A stretch of DNA of 64,000 nucleotides. It comes from an uncultured Solirubrobacteraceae bacterium (GTDB taxonomy: Bacteria > Actinomycetota > Thermoleophilia > Solirubrobacterales > Solirubrobacteraceae). A program made the position numbers and the translations under genes. Of the stretch, positions 11,569-22,970 are shown one piece after another. How positions within the stretch are numbered: the stretch's first letter is position 1; each line of letters begins with the position of its first letter. The notes below the pieces were generated by a model, which ran no database searches, was not told the origin of the DNA, and saw nothing but the letters and a program-made list of their open reading frames with translations. The stretch covers positions 23,158 through 87,157 of the forward strand of contig CAWGER010000004.1 in NCBI GenBank assembly GCA_963821655.1. The letters run 5' to 3'.

Positions 11569-12360
11569 CTAGCCGACTTCGAGGGCCTCGAGCAGCGCCC
11601 GCAGCTCCTCGACGAGGTCCCCGTCCAGGCGCACACAGGCCAGCTCATCCAGCGGTGTGGGACCGCGCGTGAGGATCGCTATCTCGCCGCCTGCGCGACG
11701 GGTGAGCAGCGGCAGGCCGGCCACCGGGTGGACCTCGAGCGAGGAGCCGATGCACAGCAGCAGATCGGCCGCCGCGCACAGCTCCCCGGCGCGCTCCATC
11801 GCCGCGCCTGGGAGCATCTCGCCGAACAGGACCACGTCCGGCTTCAACGGCGAGGCGCACTGCTCGCAACGGGGGATCCGCTGCTCGTCGGCCGCCAGCC
11901 GGGCACGCGCCTCCTCCAGCGTGACGTAGGTGGCGCATGCCGGGCAGATGCAGCGCGCGATGCTTCCGTGGACCTCGATCAGCTCTTTGGTGCCCGCCCT
12001 GCGGTGGAGCATGTCGACGTTCTGGGTGATGACCGCGTCGAGCATGCCCTCCGCCTCGAGCGTGACGAGCGCGCGATGGACATCGTTGGGGCGCTTGTCC
12101 TCGAGTGCCGCGAACCGCTCTGAATAGAAGCCCCAGAAGCGCCCGGGATCGTCGTTGAACACGTCGATGTGCGCCACGTCCATGGGATTCACCCGCTCCC
12201 ACAGGCCGGTGCCCGGGGAGCGGAAGTCGGGAATGCCCGAGGGCACCGAGACCCCGGCGCCCGTCAGTGCGACGACCGAGCCCGCCCGGCGAATCAGCCC
12301 GGCCAGGCGCAGCAGCGGCGTCCCCTCACCGCTCCCGGCGGCGACCGCGTCGGCGCCCAT
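11569..12360 (-). CDS. cobB: NAD-dependent protein deacylase (sirtuin)
   Basis: GAGVSVPSGIPDFRS, TQNVDMLH, HGS, CxxC...CxxC zinc ribbon, KPDVVLFGE, GSSL. Confidence 0.92.
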   Translation of the reverse strand: MGADAVAAGSGEGTPLLRLAGLIRRAGSVVALTGAGVSVPSGIPDFRSPGTGLWERVNPMDVAHIDVFNDDPGRFWGFYSERFAALEDKRPNDVHRALVTLEAEGMLDAVITQNVDMLHRRAGTKELIEVHGSIARCICPACATYVTLEEARARLAADEQRIPRCEQCASPLKPDVVLFGEMLPGAAMERAGELCAAADLLLCIGSSLEVHPVAGLPLLTRRAGGEIAILTRGPTPLDELACVRLDGDLVEELRALLEALEVG

Positions 12361-12368
12361 CCTGCTCA

Positions 12369-14372
<2,004 letters not shown>

Positions 14373-14487
14373 GATCCTCGATCTCCTCTGGCTCCATGCG
14401 GTGGCTGCGAGCATGGTATGCAACAGCCGCACCTATCGGAGGAACGATGGGTTGACATACCGACCGGGCACACGAGCAGGGAGCGAC

Positions 14488-15468
14488 ATGAACTCACGCG
14501 CAGCAGGCACACCCAGGACGGCCGCGGCAACGCTGGCCGCGACCGCGAGCCTCTTCGCCCTGGCGGCGCTGGGGCCCCTGTCCGTGAGCGCGGACGCGGC
14601 GGTCACGCCACCGACGGTGTCCACCGGCTCCGCGGCACACGTGAGCTACGGCTCGGCGACGCTCCAGGGATCGGTGACCCCGAACGGCGCCAACACCTCC
14701 TACTACTTCCAGTATGGGCCGACGACGGCCTACGGCGGGCAGACGACGATCGCCGACGCCGGCGCGGGCACGGGCAAAGTGAACGTCAGCCTGCCGGTGA
14801 CGGGGCTGCAGCCGCTCACCGTCTACCACTACCGCATCGTCGCGGTCAACAGCGCGGGCCCGTCGATCGGCAAAGACAGGGCTCTGCTGACCAAGAAGGT
14901 GCCGCTGTCGCTTGCGATCCTCACCTCGCCGAACCCCGTTCTGTTCGGGGGCAGCGTCACCGTCCAGGGCACGCTCTCGGGCACCGAAAACGCAAATCGC
15001 ACGGTCGTGCTGCAGGCCAACCAGTTCCCCTTCACGGCGGGCTTTCAGAACGTCGGCAACCCGGAGCTCACGACCGCGACGGGGAGCTTCTCCTTTCCGG
15101 TCCTCGGCCTCACCCAGGTGACCCAGTACCGGGTCTCGACCACCACCAACCCCGCGGTGCTGAGTCCGGTCGCGGTCGAGAACGTCGCCGTGCGGGTGCT
15201 CGCCCACCTCGGCCACGCCAAGCGGCGCCACTTCGTGCGCGTCTACGGAACGGTCACGCCCGCCGAGAACGGCATGCAGGTGGGCATCCTGCGGATCACG
15301 CACGGCCGCGGCGTGCTCGTCGGCGGCACGATCCTGCGCCCCCGCACCGCGACCAGCTCGAGCTTCAGTCGCCCCGTGCGCATCGGCCGGGGCGTGTATC
15401 GGGTGCTCGTGCGCATAACCAACGGCGCGCAGGTCTCCAGCTACAGCCAGCCGCTCTTGATCCGCTGA
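14488..15468 (+). CDS. Secreted protein with fibronectin type III-like domain
   Basis: Signal peptide ending ADA; ATLQGSVTPNG..YYFQYG...GLQPLTVYHYRIVAVN. Confidence 0.75.
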   Translation: MNSRAAGTPRTAAATLAATASLFALAALGPLSVSADAAVTPPTVSTGSAAHVSYGSATLQGSVTPNGANTSYYFQYGPTTAYGGQTTIADAGAGTGKVNVSLPVTGLQPLTVYHYRIVAVNSAGPSIGKDRALLTKKVPLSLAILTSPNPVLFGGSVTVQGTLSGTENANRTVVLQANQFPFTAGFQNVGNPELTTATGSFSFPVLGLTQVTQYRVSTTTNPAVLSPVAVENVAVRVLAHLGHAKRRHFVRVYGTVTPAENGMQVGILRITHGRGVLVGGTILRPRTATSSSFSRPVRIGRGVYRVLVRITNGAQVSSYSQPLLIR

Positions 15469-15547
15469 GAGCGTCCCGCGGGCGCTCGCGTGAGCGCTCG
15501 CCGGGGCGGGGTGGCGGCCGAGGAGCCGATGAGCAACAATCCCGGGT

Positions 15548-15994
15548 GTGCAAAGCGCCTTCCCGTTCGTTGTGTTTGGGGCCGTGGGGCTGTCGGTGGT
15601 GATGTCGCTGGTGTTCCTGCTCAGCCGTGAAAGCGTCCACGACCAGATCGGGCAGGGAGGACTCACGCGTGACAGCGAAGCCGGTTTCTCGGGGGCGCCG
15701 CCGGCGCTCGCGCCCGACTCCCCCGAGGGGCGCGCCGAGCGCGAGCGGGAGGTCCGCCAGATGCTGAATGCCCGCTCCGAGCGCCGCGTGCGCGCGGGTC
15801 AGCCGGCACTCGATGTCGATGCGGAGGTCGCCCGCCTGCTCGCGCCGCCCGAGTCCGACGCGCCCGACGAGGGCCTCACCACGGAGGTGCGACAGCTCGT
15901 GGTCGCCCGCAACGAACGGCGCGCCCGGCAGGGCCTCGAGCCCCTCGATGTGGAGGCCGAGGTGGTGCGTACGCTGGCGGAGCTGGACCAGTGA
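15548..15994 (+). CDS. Membrane-anchored hypothetical protein with two ~31-aa internal repeats
   Basis: N-terminal TM; EVRQMLNARSERRVRAGQPALDVDAEVARLL and EVRQLVVARNERRARQGLEPLDVEAEVVRTL. Confidence 0.75.
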   Translation: MQSAFPFVVFGAVGLSVVMSLVFLLSRESVHDQIGQGGLTRDSEAGFSGAPPALAPDSPEGRAEREREVRQMLNARSERRVRAGQPALDVDAEVARLLAPPESDAPDEGLTTEVRQLVVARNERRARQGLEPLDVEAEVVRTLAELDQ

Positions 15995-16027
15995 GCATGC
16001 CGCTGCACGGTCGGGTATAAACGCGCC

Positions 16028-16372
16028 ATGACCGACGCGCGCCGCTTCCAGCTCGATGAGCTGACGATCCGTCCGGGCACCTACTTCAACCCTCAGACGG
16101 AGGTCATGATCGTCGTCGACGACTCGCCCGAGGTGGACCATGAGATCTTCAGCGCGGACGAGTTCGGGGCCGCCGAATGGGTGCTGATCTCCGAGGACTC
16201 ACCGGTGGACGAGCACAAGCGCGACGAGCTGGTGGAGCTCTTCCAGGTCACCTACCAGCCGGGCGGCGAGCCCCTCCTCGATGACGACCTGGACGACGAT
16301 GATGAGGATGAGGAGGACGACCTGGAGGTCGACGAGCTCGAGGTCGACGGGCTCGAGGTCGACACCGAATAG
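16028..16372 (+). CDS. Small acidic hypothetical protein
   Basis: Clear ORF with a D/E-rich tail; TATAAA -10 six nt before the ATG. Confidence 0.75.
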   Translation: MTDARRFQLDELTIRPGTYFNPQTEVMIVVDDSPEVDHEIFSADEFGAAEWVLISEDSPVDEHKRDELVELFQVTYQPGGEPLLDDDLDDDDEDEEDDLEVDELEVDGLEVDTE

Positions 16373-16522
16373 TCGGCCGCGCGGCCGCGCGGCCGTGGGC
16401 CGGAAGGCCGCGGGGCGCAACTAGCGCGCGCGGGGATGTGTTCTCAGGGCGTGCTCTCGCATCCCGACCGTCCCGCTGCAAGGACCCCTGCAGCCACGGT
16501 TTCGCTCGTGCGTAGGATCGGC

Positions 16523-18058
16523 GTGGTGCGCGCAAAGCATCCCTGGGCGCTCCTCTTGGGAGTGCTCGCCCTCGGCGGGCTCGCGGCCGCCCCGGCCGAT
16601 GCCGGCCGGTCCTCCAGGGGACGGGCGGCGAGCGTGCGCGGGCCGAGCGTGGCCGGCGCGCTTTCGAGCCTGCAGCGCAGCGGCGCGATCACGCAGGCCG
16701 TCTACCAGCAGGACTACTCGGCCTATCTCGCGGCCAAACGCTCGCTGGCGAAGCTGAAGGGCACCCGCCGCACAGAGCTGGGCGCGGTGCTCGCGAACGT
16801 GCAGGCGATCGCGGCGGCCGGCCAGTTCACCGCGTCGCGTCTGGGCGCCCTGTTCCTCACGCTCGAACGCAACCGCAGGTGGTGGACGAGCGAACCGCTG
16901 CTCTCGAGCGGCGAGCGCGTGAGCTTCCCACCCAGCAGGATCGTGTGGCAGTACTACCCGGGGCAGGGCATCGAGATCCAGTGGCTGGGGACGTTCGGCG
17001 AGGCCAACGGCTACTACCTGTCGGGCAGGGAAAACGCCAACCTGCGCCAGCTTCTGAACGAAGTCATCCCGCTCGCGACCAAGCGCGCGGGTGGGCTCGC
17101 GTGGGAGTACATGTTCCGGTTCGACGGCGGGCGGCCGCCGTGGACGAGCGGCCTCTCACAGGGGACCGGGCTGCAGGTGCTCGCGCGCGCCTGGTCGCGC
17201 TTCAAAGAAGCGGCCTACCTGACCGCGGCACAGCAGGCGCTCGGCATCTTCCAGACCCCGCCGTCTGCCGGGGTCGCGGTCAAGACGCCGGCCGGGGCGC
17301 TGTACGCCGAGTACACGTACGCCCCGAGCGACAAGATCCTCAACGGCTTCATCCAGGCGCTGGTCGGACTGTACGACTACACCGCGATCACCAAAGACCC
17401 GCTCGGGCTGAAGCTGTTCGAAGCCGGCGATGCCGAGGCGCGCGCCGAGGTCCCGCACTACGACACCGGCGCCTGGTCGCTGTACGACCAGTTCGGCGAA
17501 TCCAACCTCAACTACCACGAACTGCTCACCGAATTCCTGCAGCACCTGTGTGAACGCACGCGCAAGGGCCCGCCGCTGACGAGCGCCCCGCCGCCGGCAC
17601 CGGCACCCACGCCGACGACTCCAACCACACCGACGACCCCGGCGGGAGGCACGGCGCCCTCGGCTGCTGCGGCGATCGCCGCGGGCACCTCGGCGCACAG
17701 CGCCGCCACCACCACGAGCCCGCCGATCGCCGGCGATCAGATCTACTGCACGACCGCCCAGCGCTTCACGAGCTACCTGCAGACCCCGCCGGTCGTCTCG
17801 GTGATCACGAAGAGCCTCAAGGGCGGCACGCGGGCCGGCGTGCAGGTGTCGCTGTCGAAGATCTCCACCGTCCGCCTGACCGTCCGGGAGGGGACGCGCG
17901 TGGTGGCGAGGAACAGCGCCTATGTGGGGCGGGGCCGGCCCAAGCTGCTGTGGAGCACCCCGGCCAACGGCGGCACGTTCAACGTGACGGTCAGCGCGAC
18001 CGATCCGGCGGGCAACTTCGCCACCGCCACGGGCACGATCCTCGTCAAGCACCACTAG
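16523..18058 (+). CDS. Secreted D-glucuronyl C5-epimerase family protein
   Basis: Signal peptide; WTSGLSQG, AEYTY..ILNGFIQALVGLYDY, YDTGAWSLYD, YHELLTEFL typical of C5-epimerase C-terminal domain; P/T-rich insert. Confidence 0.75.
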   Translation: MVRAKHPWALLLGVLALGGLAAAPADAGRSSRGRAASVRGPSVAGALSSLQRSGAITQAVYQQDYSAYLAAKRSLAKLKGTRRTELGAVLANVQAIAAAGQFTASRLGALFLTLERNRRWWTSEPLLSSGERVSFPPSRIVWQYYPGQGIEIQWLGTFGEANGYYLSGRENANLRQLLNEVIPLATKRAGGLAWEYMFRFDGGRPPWTSGLSQGTGLQVLARAWSRFKEAAYLTAAQQALGIFQTPPSAGVAVKTPAGALYAEYTYAPSDKILNGFIQALVGLYDYTAITKDPLGLKLFEAGDAEARAEVPHYDTGAWSLYDQFGESNLNYHELLTEFLQHLCERTRKGPPLTSAPPPAPAPTPTTPTTPTTPAGGTAPSAAAAIAAGTSAHSAATTTSPPIAGDQIYCTTAQRFTSYLQTPPVVSVITKSLKGGTRAGVQVSLSKISTVRLTVREGTRVVARNSAYVGRGRPKLLWSTPANGGTFNVTVSATDPAGNFATATGTILVKHH

Positions 18059-18128
18059 CGCGAGGCCCGCTCCTAGACTAGGCGGAAGTGACGGACACAC
18101 AGACGATCCGGCGCAGGGACGGGCGCAC

Positions 18129-18857
18129 ATGACCCGGCTGAGGAACGCCTGGCGGGCGATGACGCCCGAGCAGCGCCCGGCGGTGGTCGCCTCGCTGGCG
18201 CTGCTCGTCACGATGCTCTTCCCCTGGTATGGGCTGCAGAGCCTCAACCGCAGGACCGGCACGATCAGCTCGCACAACATCAGCGCCTTCGGCGACGTCT
18301 CGTTCGTCGAGGCAGCCGTGTTCCTCGTCGCCCTCGGGGTGGTGGTGATGGTGCTCGCCCGCGCCGAGGGGCGCGAGTTCCACATGCCGGGCGGCGACGG
18401 CCTGGTCGTGACGATCGCCGGCTGCTGGGCTGGCCTGTTGATCTTCTATCGCGTGTTCGACCGCCCCGCCGGCCACGGCTACCCGGTGGGAATCGAGTGG
18501 GGCTTCTTCCTCGCGTTCGTGGCCGCCGGCTGCCTGGCCTACGCGGGCTGGCGGATGCGAGCCGCTGAGCGGCCCGAGCCGCCGCTGACATCTAGGCGCC
18601 GTACGCCGCGGGCCTCCCCACCCGAGCTCGGGCCGCCGCCCGATCGAGCCGGCCGAGCAGAGCCGGACATTCGCGGAGAACGGGTCTCCCCGCCCGAGGA
18701 GGCGCCCGAGGAGGAGGTGACGGTGATCACTCCCGCACGGGCGCGCACGGGGAGATCCGCCCCGGTTCCGGCGCGCGCGCGTCCACGCTACCCGCCGGCC
18801 CCGCCGGGCGCACCCGAGCAGCTCTCCTTCGAGGACCCCAAGCCGGGCTCCGAGTAG
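18129..18857 (+). CDS. Hypothetical membrane protein (4 TM plus Pro-rich tail)
   Basis: Four hydrophobic segments. Confidence 0.7.
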   Translation: MTRLRNAWRAMTPEQRPAVVASLALLVTMLFPWYGLQSLNRRTGTISSHNISAFGDVSFVEAAVFLVALGVVVMVLARAEGREFHMPGGDGLVVTIAGCWAGLLIFYRVFDRPAGHGYPVGIEWGFFLAFVAAGCLAYAGWRMRAAERPEPPLTSRRRTPRASPPELGPPPDRAGRAEPDIRGERVSPPEEAPEEEVTVITPARARTGRSAPVPARARPRYPPAPPGAPEQLSFEDPKPGSE

Positions 18858-18877
18858 GTCCTATCATTGCGCGGACG

Positions 18878-19774
18878 ATGCCAACGTCCTCGCCGGCTCC
18901 GGCCTCCATCGCAGACGTCGCCGAGGGTCTTCGCTCTGTCGGCTACCTCCCGGGCGAGTCGACAGCGCTGGTCGCCTATCTCGCGACCAAGCTGGGCAAG
19001 CCGGTGCTGGTCGAGGGACCCGCGGGCGTGGGCAAGACCGAGCTCGCCAAGGCGCTCGCCTCCTATCTCGGCCGCGAGCTCGTGCGGCTGCAGTGCTACG
19101 AGGGACTGGACGAGGCGAAGGCGCTGTATGAGTGGAACTACCGCAAGCAGCTGTTGCGGATCCAGGCGGAGGCGTCGGGCACGGGCTGGGACGCCGTGCA
19201 GGAGGACATCTTCGGCGAGGAGTTCCTGCTGGCGCGGCCGCTGATGACCGCGATCGCCTCCGAGGAGCCGGTCGTGCTGCTGATCGACGAGATCGACAAG
19301 ACCGATCAGGAGTTCGAGGCGATGCTCCTGGAGGTGCTCTCGGACTTCCAGATATCGATCCCCGAGCTCGGCCGGGTGGAGTCGCGCACGCACCCGATCG
19401 TGCTGCTCACGTCCAACAACTCCCGCGAGCTGACCGAGGCGCTGAAGCGCCGCTGCCTGTATCTGTGGCTCGACTACCCCTCGCTCGAGCACGAGCTCGA
19501 GATCGTGCGTCTGCATGCGCCGGAGCTGTCGGCGACGGTGGCACGCAGGCTGGTGGAGGTGATCGGCATGGTGCGCACGCTCGACCTGAAGAAGCCGCCA
19601 TCGATCGCCGAGTCGATCGACTGGGCCCGCGCGCTGCTGCTGCTGGGCGTCGAGGACATCGACGCGGATACGTTCACCGAGACGATGTCGGTGATCGTCA
19701 AGCACCGCACCGACATGGACGTCGTGTCCGAGCGCGTCGGGCTGAAGCTCTCCTCGCCCGCGGATGTCACCTGA
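18878..19774 (+). CDS. MoxR family AAA+ ATPase (CoxD-like)
   Basis: GPAGVGKT, RLQCYEGLD, LLIDEIDK, EALKRRC. Confidence 0.9.
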   Translation: MPTSSPAPASIADVAEGLRSVGYLPGESTALVAYLATKLGKPVLVEGPAGVGKTELAKALASYLGRELVRLQCYEGLDEAKALYEWNYRKQLLRIQAEASGTGWDAVQEDIFGEEFLLARPLMTAIASEEPVVLLIDEIDKTDQEFEAMLLEVLSDFQISIPELGRVESRTHPIVLLTSNNSRELTEALKRRCLYLWLDYPSLEHELEIVRLHAPELSATVARRLVEVIGMVRTLDLKKPPSIAESIDWARALLLLGVEDIDADTFTETMSVIVKHRTDMDVVSERVGLKLSSPADVT

Positions 19775-21167
19775 GCGCCAGCGCGTGGAGCTGACGGGCG
19801 AGGGCCTGCCGGCGCGCATCCTGGAACTCGGCGAGGAGCTGCGCAGCGAGGGCGTCGCGGTCGGCACCTCCGAGCTGCTGGACGCGTTCGAAGTCCTGCG
19901 CGAGATCAGCTGGACCTCGCAGGAGGACTTCCGCGAGGCGCTCGCCGCGACGCTCGCCAAGAGCCAGGAGGACCGGCGGGTGTTCGAGCTCGTGTTCGAC
20001 CGCTTCTTCTTCCGGGCCGTTGAGCTCGCGGCGGCCAAGGAGGGGGTGCGCGAGGAGGATCTCGCAAACCTCTCAGAGCTCTCCGAGGAGGAGCTCGACG
20101 CCCTGCGGGCACAGATCGCGGCCGCCCTGAAAGACGGCTCGGAGGGAGCGATGCGCGACCTCGCGCGGATGACGATCGCGGCGTTCGCCCGCCGCCAGGA
20201 GGGCTCGGGCGTGATCGGCGTGGACGTGCAGCGCATCCGTCGCGCGCTGGGTCTGCGCGCCGAGCCCCAGCCCGACCTGCCCCCGGAGGACCCCCGCCGC
20301 GACGGCCTGCCGCGCGATGCGCTGCGCCGCTTCGAGGCGCTCCTGCGCCGCGAGCTCGAGCGGGCGCAGATCGAGCGCACCGGCAACCTGCCGCCGGCGC
20401 GGCCGCTCGGCGAGCTCGACCGCGCGCTGCCGTCGGGCCCGCTCGCGGATCTCGCGGCCGTCCACCGCGTGGTGGCCCAGCTGCGCAGACGGCTGGCCAC
20501 GCAGGGGCTGCAGGCCCGCGGGCACCGGCGCCCGGCCCACGTGGACGTGCGGCGCACGATGCGCGCGTCGCTGCAGACCGGCGGGGTGCCGGTGGTGCTC
20601 AAGTTCAAACCCCGCCGCCCGCGCCGCCCGGAGATCTATGTGCTGTGCGACGTCTCCACGAGCGTCACCTCGGCGTCGGTCTTCTTCCTGTCGGTGCTCC
20701 ACGCGCTACATGACACCTTCCGCAAGATGCGCTCGTTCGTGTTCATCGAGCGCATCTCCGAGGTGACCGACATCTTCGAGCACGAGCGCAACTTCAAGGC
20801 CGTGAGCGAACGCATCGCCAACGACGCGGGCGTGGCCGACATCTCCGGCTACACCGACTACGGGCGCGTGTGGTCGGAGTTCCTGGTGCAGGTGGAGGAC
20901 GATCTGGACCCGCGCGCGACCGTGATCGTGCTCGGCGACGCGCGCACCAACGGGCGCGACCCCCGCGCTGACATCTTCGCGCAGATCGCCGCCCGCGCCG
21001 GGCGCACCTTCTGGCTGAATCCCGAGCCCCGGCTGTACTGGAACTACGGCGACTCGGTGATCTCGGCCTACGAGGAGTACTGCACAGCGTTCGAGTGCTG
21101 GACGACCGCCCAGCTCGAGGACTTCGTGCGCGCGCTGGCACGGCCGGGCGTGGCCGTAGCGCGCTAG
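19764..21167 (+). CDS. VWA domain protein, CoxE-like
   Basis: DVRRTMRASL, LCDVSTSV MIDAS, GYTDYG, LGDARTN, WLNPEP. Confidence 0.88.
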   Translation: MSPERQRVELTGEGLPARILELGEELRSEGVAVGTSELLDAFEVLREISWTSQEDFREALAATLAKSQEDRRVFELVFDRFFFRAVELAAAKEGVREEDLANLSELSEEELDALRAQIAAALKDGSEGAMRDLARMTIAAFARRQEGSGVIGVDVQRIRRALGLRAEPQPDLPPEDPRRDGLPRDALRRFEALLRRELERAQIERTGNLPPARPLGELDRALPSGPLADLAAVHRVVAQLRRRLATQGLQARGHRRPAHVDVRRTMRASLQTGGVPVVLKFKPRRPRRPEIYVLCDVSTSVTSASVFFLSVLHALHDTFRKMRSFVFIERISEVTDIFEHERNFKAVSERIANDAGVADISGYTDYGRVWSEFLVQVEDDLDPRATVIVLGDARTNGRDPRADIFAQIAARAGRTFWLNPEPRLYWNYGDSVISAYEEYCTAFECWTTAQLEDFVRALARPGVAVAR

Positions 21168-21189
21168 CATCACCGACGGATATCCAGAC

Positions 21190-21296
21190 ACCAGGGGGGC
21201 TGGCGGGAAGGCCGGCTGAGATGGCGCACGGGAAGCGATTCCCCCGGCGCCGACCCTTAGAACCTGTGGGGTAATGCCCGCGAAGGGAGCGAAGTG
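21190..21296 (+). ncRNA. TPP riboswitch
   Basis: GGGG..GCTGAGA..[P3a stem]..ACCCTTAGAACCTG..GGTAATGCC.GCGAAGGGAG directly upstream of the thiXYZ-type ABC genes; the SD is embedded in the aptamer 3' end. Confidence 0.9.
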
Positions 21297-22094
21297 GCAA
21301 CCGAACTGAAGGCCCGCGCACCGTCCTCGCTTGCGGACGCCGCCACGGGCCCCGGAGTCCTGCTTGAGAACGTGAGCCGCACCTACGCCGATCGCGGCGC
21401 GCAGGGGGTGCAGGCGCTCGCCCGCGTGTCCACGCACGCCGATGAGGGCGAGGTTCTCGCGGTCGTGGGACCGAGCGGCTGCGGCAAGACGACGCTGCTC
21501 GAGCTGATCTGCGGACTGCAGGCCCCCGACGAGGGCTCGATCACGTGCGCGCCGGCGGTGCTCATGCCCCAGCAGGACCTGCTGCTGCCCTGGTTGAGCG
21601 CGCTCGACAATGCGGCGCTCGCCCTGCGCATCGCCCACCTCGCGCGTGAAGAGGCCCGCGGCCGGGCGGCGGCGCTGTTCTCAGAGCTCGGGCTGGACGG
21701 CTTCCAGCACGCGCATCCCGCCGGGCTGTCCGGCGGGATGCGCCAGCGCGTGGCGTTCCTGCGCACGCTGCTCTCGGGCAAGCCGGTCCTGTGCCTGGAC
21801 GAGCCGTTCGGCGCGCTCGATGCGATCACCCGCGGTGAGATGCAGGGATGGCTCGCCCAGGCCCTGGAGCGTGAGCCGCGCACCGTCGTGCTGGTCACCC
21901 ACGACGTCGAGGAGGCGATCCTGCTGGCCGACCGCGTGGCGGTGCTCTCCGCCAGGCCGGGGCGGGTGATCGAGGAGCTCGAGGTTGAGGCTCCGCGCCC
22001 GCGTGCCCGCACGGACGCCGCCGTGATCGCCCTGCGCGAGCGGGTACTCGACGTCCTTCACCTGGGCGCTCGCGCCGGCGAGGTGATGAGTTGA
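21294..22094 (+). CDS. ABC transporter ATP-binding protein (ThiZ/SsuB-like)
   Basis: GPSGCGKT, LSGGMRQR, LDEPFGALD, VTHD. Confidence 0.9.
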   Translation: MATELKARAPSSLADAATGPGVLLENVSRTYADRGAQGVQALARVSTHADEGEVLAVVGPSGCGKTTLLELICGLQAPDEGSITCAPAVLMPQQDLLLPWLSALDNAALALRIAHLAREEARGRAAALFSELGLDGFQHAHPAGLSGGMRQRVAFLRTLLSGKPVLCLDEPFGALDAITRGEMQGWLAQALEREPRTVVLVTHDVEEAILLADRVAVLSARPGRVIEELEVEAPRPRARTDAAVIALRERVLDVLHLGARAGEVMS

Positions 22095-22916
22095 GCGCCG
22101 CGCCGCCTGCACCCCGCCGCCGGGCGCGGGCGCCGCGCAGACGGGCGCTGGCCGTGCTGCCACCGGTGCTGCTCGTGGCTGCCCTGCTTGGGCATCTGGG
22201 AGGCCTACGTGGACACGAGCTCGACGAGCGCGTTCGTGCTGCCCGCGCCCCATGCGATCGCCGCCGCGCTGTGGGACAACGCCGGCTTTCTCAGCGCGAA
22301 CCTCGCGCTGACCGCGGAGGAGGTCGGACTCGGGATCCTGCTGGCCGTGCTGCTGGGGTTCTCGCTGGCGGTGCTCATCCACCTGTCTCCCACGCTGCGG
22401 CGGGCCGTGTATCCGATCGCGGTGGGCTCCCAGGCGGTGCCGATCGCGGTGATCGCCCCGCTGCTCGTCTTCTGGTGGGGCTTCGGCGTGTTCCCCAAGC
22501 TCGTCGTGATCGTGCTGATCTGCTTCTTCCCGGTGCTCGTCACGACGGTGGACGGGCTCGCGGCCGTCGACCCCGATCAGCTGAAGCTACTGCGCACGCT
22601 CGATGCCTCGCGCTGGCAGGCCTTCCGTTTCGCGGAGCTGCCGGCGGCGCTGCCGGCAGCCATCAGCGGAGCGCGGATCGCGCTGACCGTCGCGGTGATC
22701 GGCGCCTACATCGCCGAGTCCCAGACCGCGACCACGGGCGTCCACGCCGGGTTGGGCCATGAGATCAACGCCGACCTCACCGCCCTTGCGACGTCACGTG
22801 CGTACGCTGCCGCGGTGCTGTTGTTCGCCCTGGCCATCGCCTGCTTCTACGCTCTCACCCTGGCCGAGCGCCGTCTGGCGCCGTGGGCGAGCAGGTCGAG
22901 CGGGGGCCCGCGGTGA
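22091..22916 (+). CDS. ABC transporter permease (ThiX-like; frameshift near 22190)
   Basis: Hydrophobic; QAVPIAVIAPLL, ASRWQAFRFAELPAALP EAA loop. Confidence 0.85.
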
Positions 22917-22970
22917 GGGCGCCGTGGGCGAGCAGGTCGAACGGTGGATCCGCGGTGAGGGCGCCGGGGC
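22877..22970 (+). repeat. Tandem ~41-42 bp duplication of the permease/SBP gene junction
   Basis: ggcgccgtgggcgagcaggtcga..cgcggtgag at 22877 and 22918; partial third copy at 22960. Confidence 0.85.

Noticed and set aside
11569-12360. Sir2 protein as an anti-phage defence effector
   Set aside because: It is a canonical zinc-ribbon CobB-type deacylase in a metabolic context with no defence partners.
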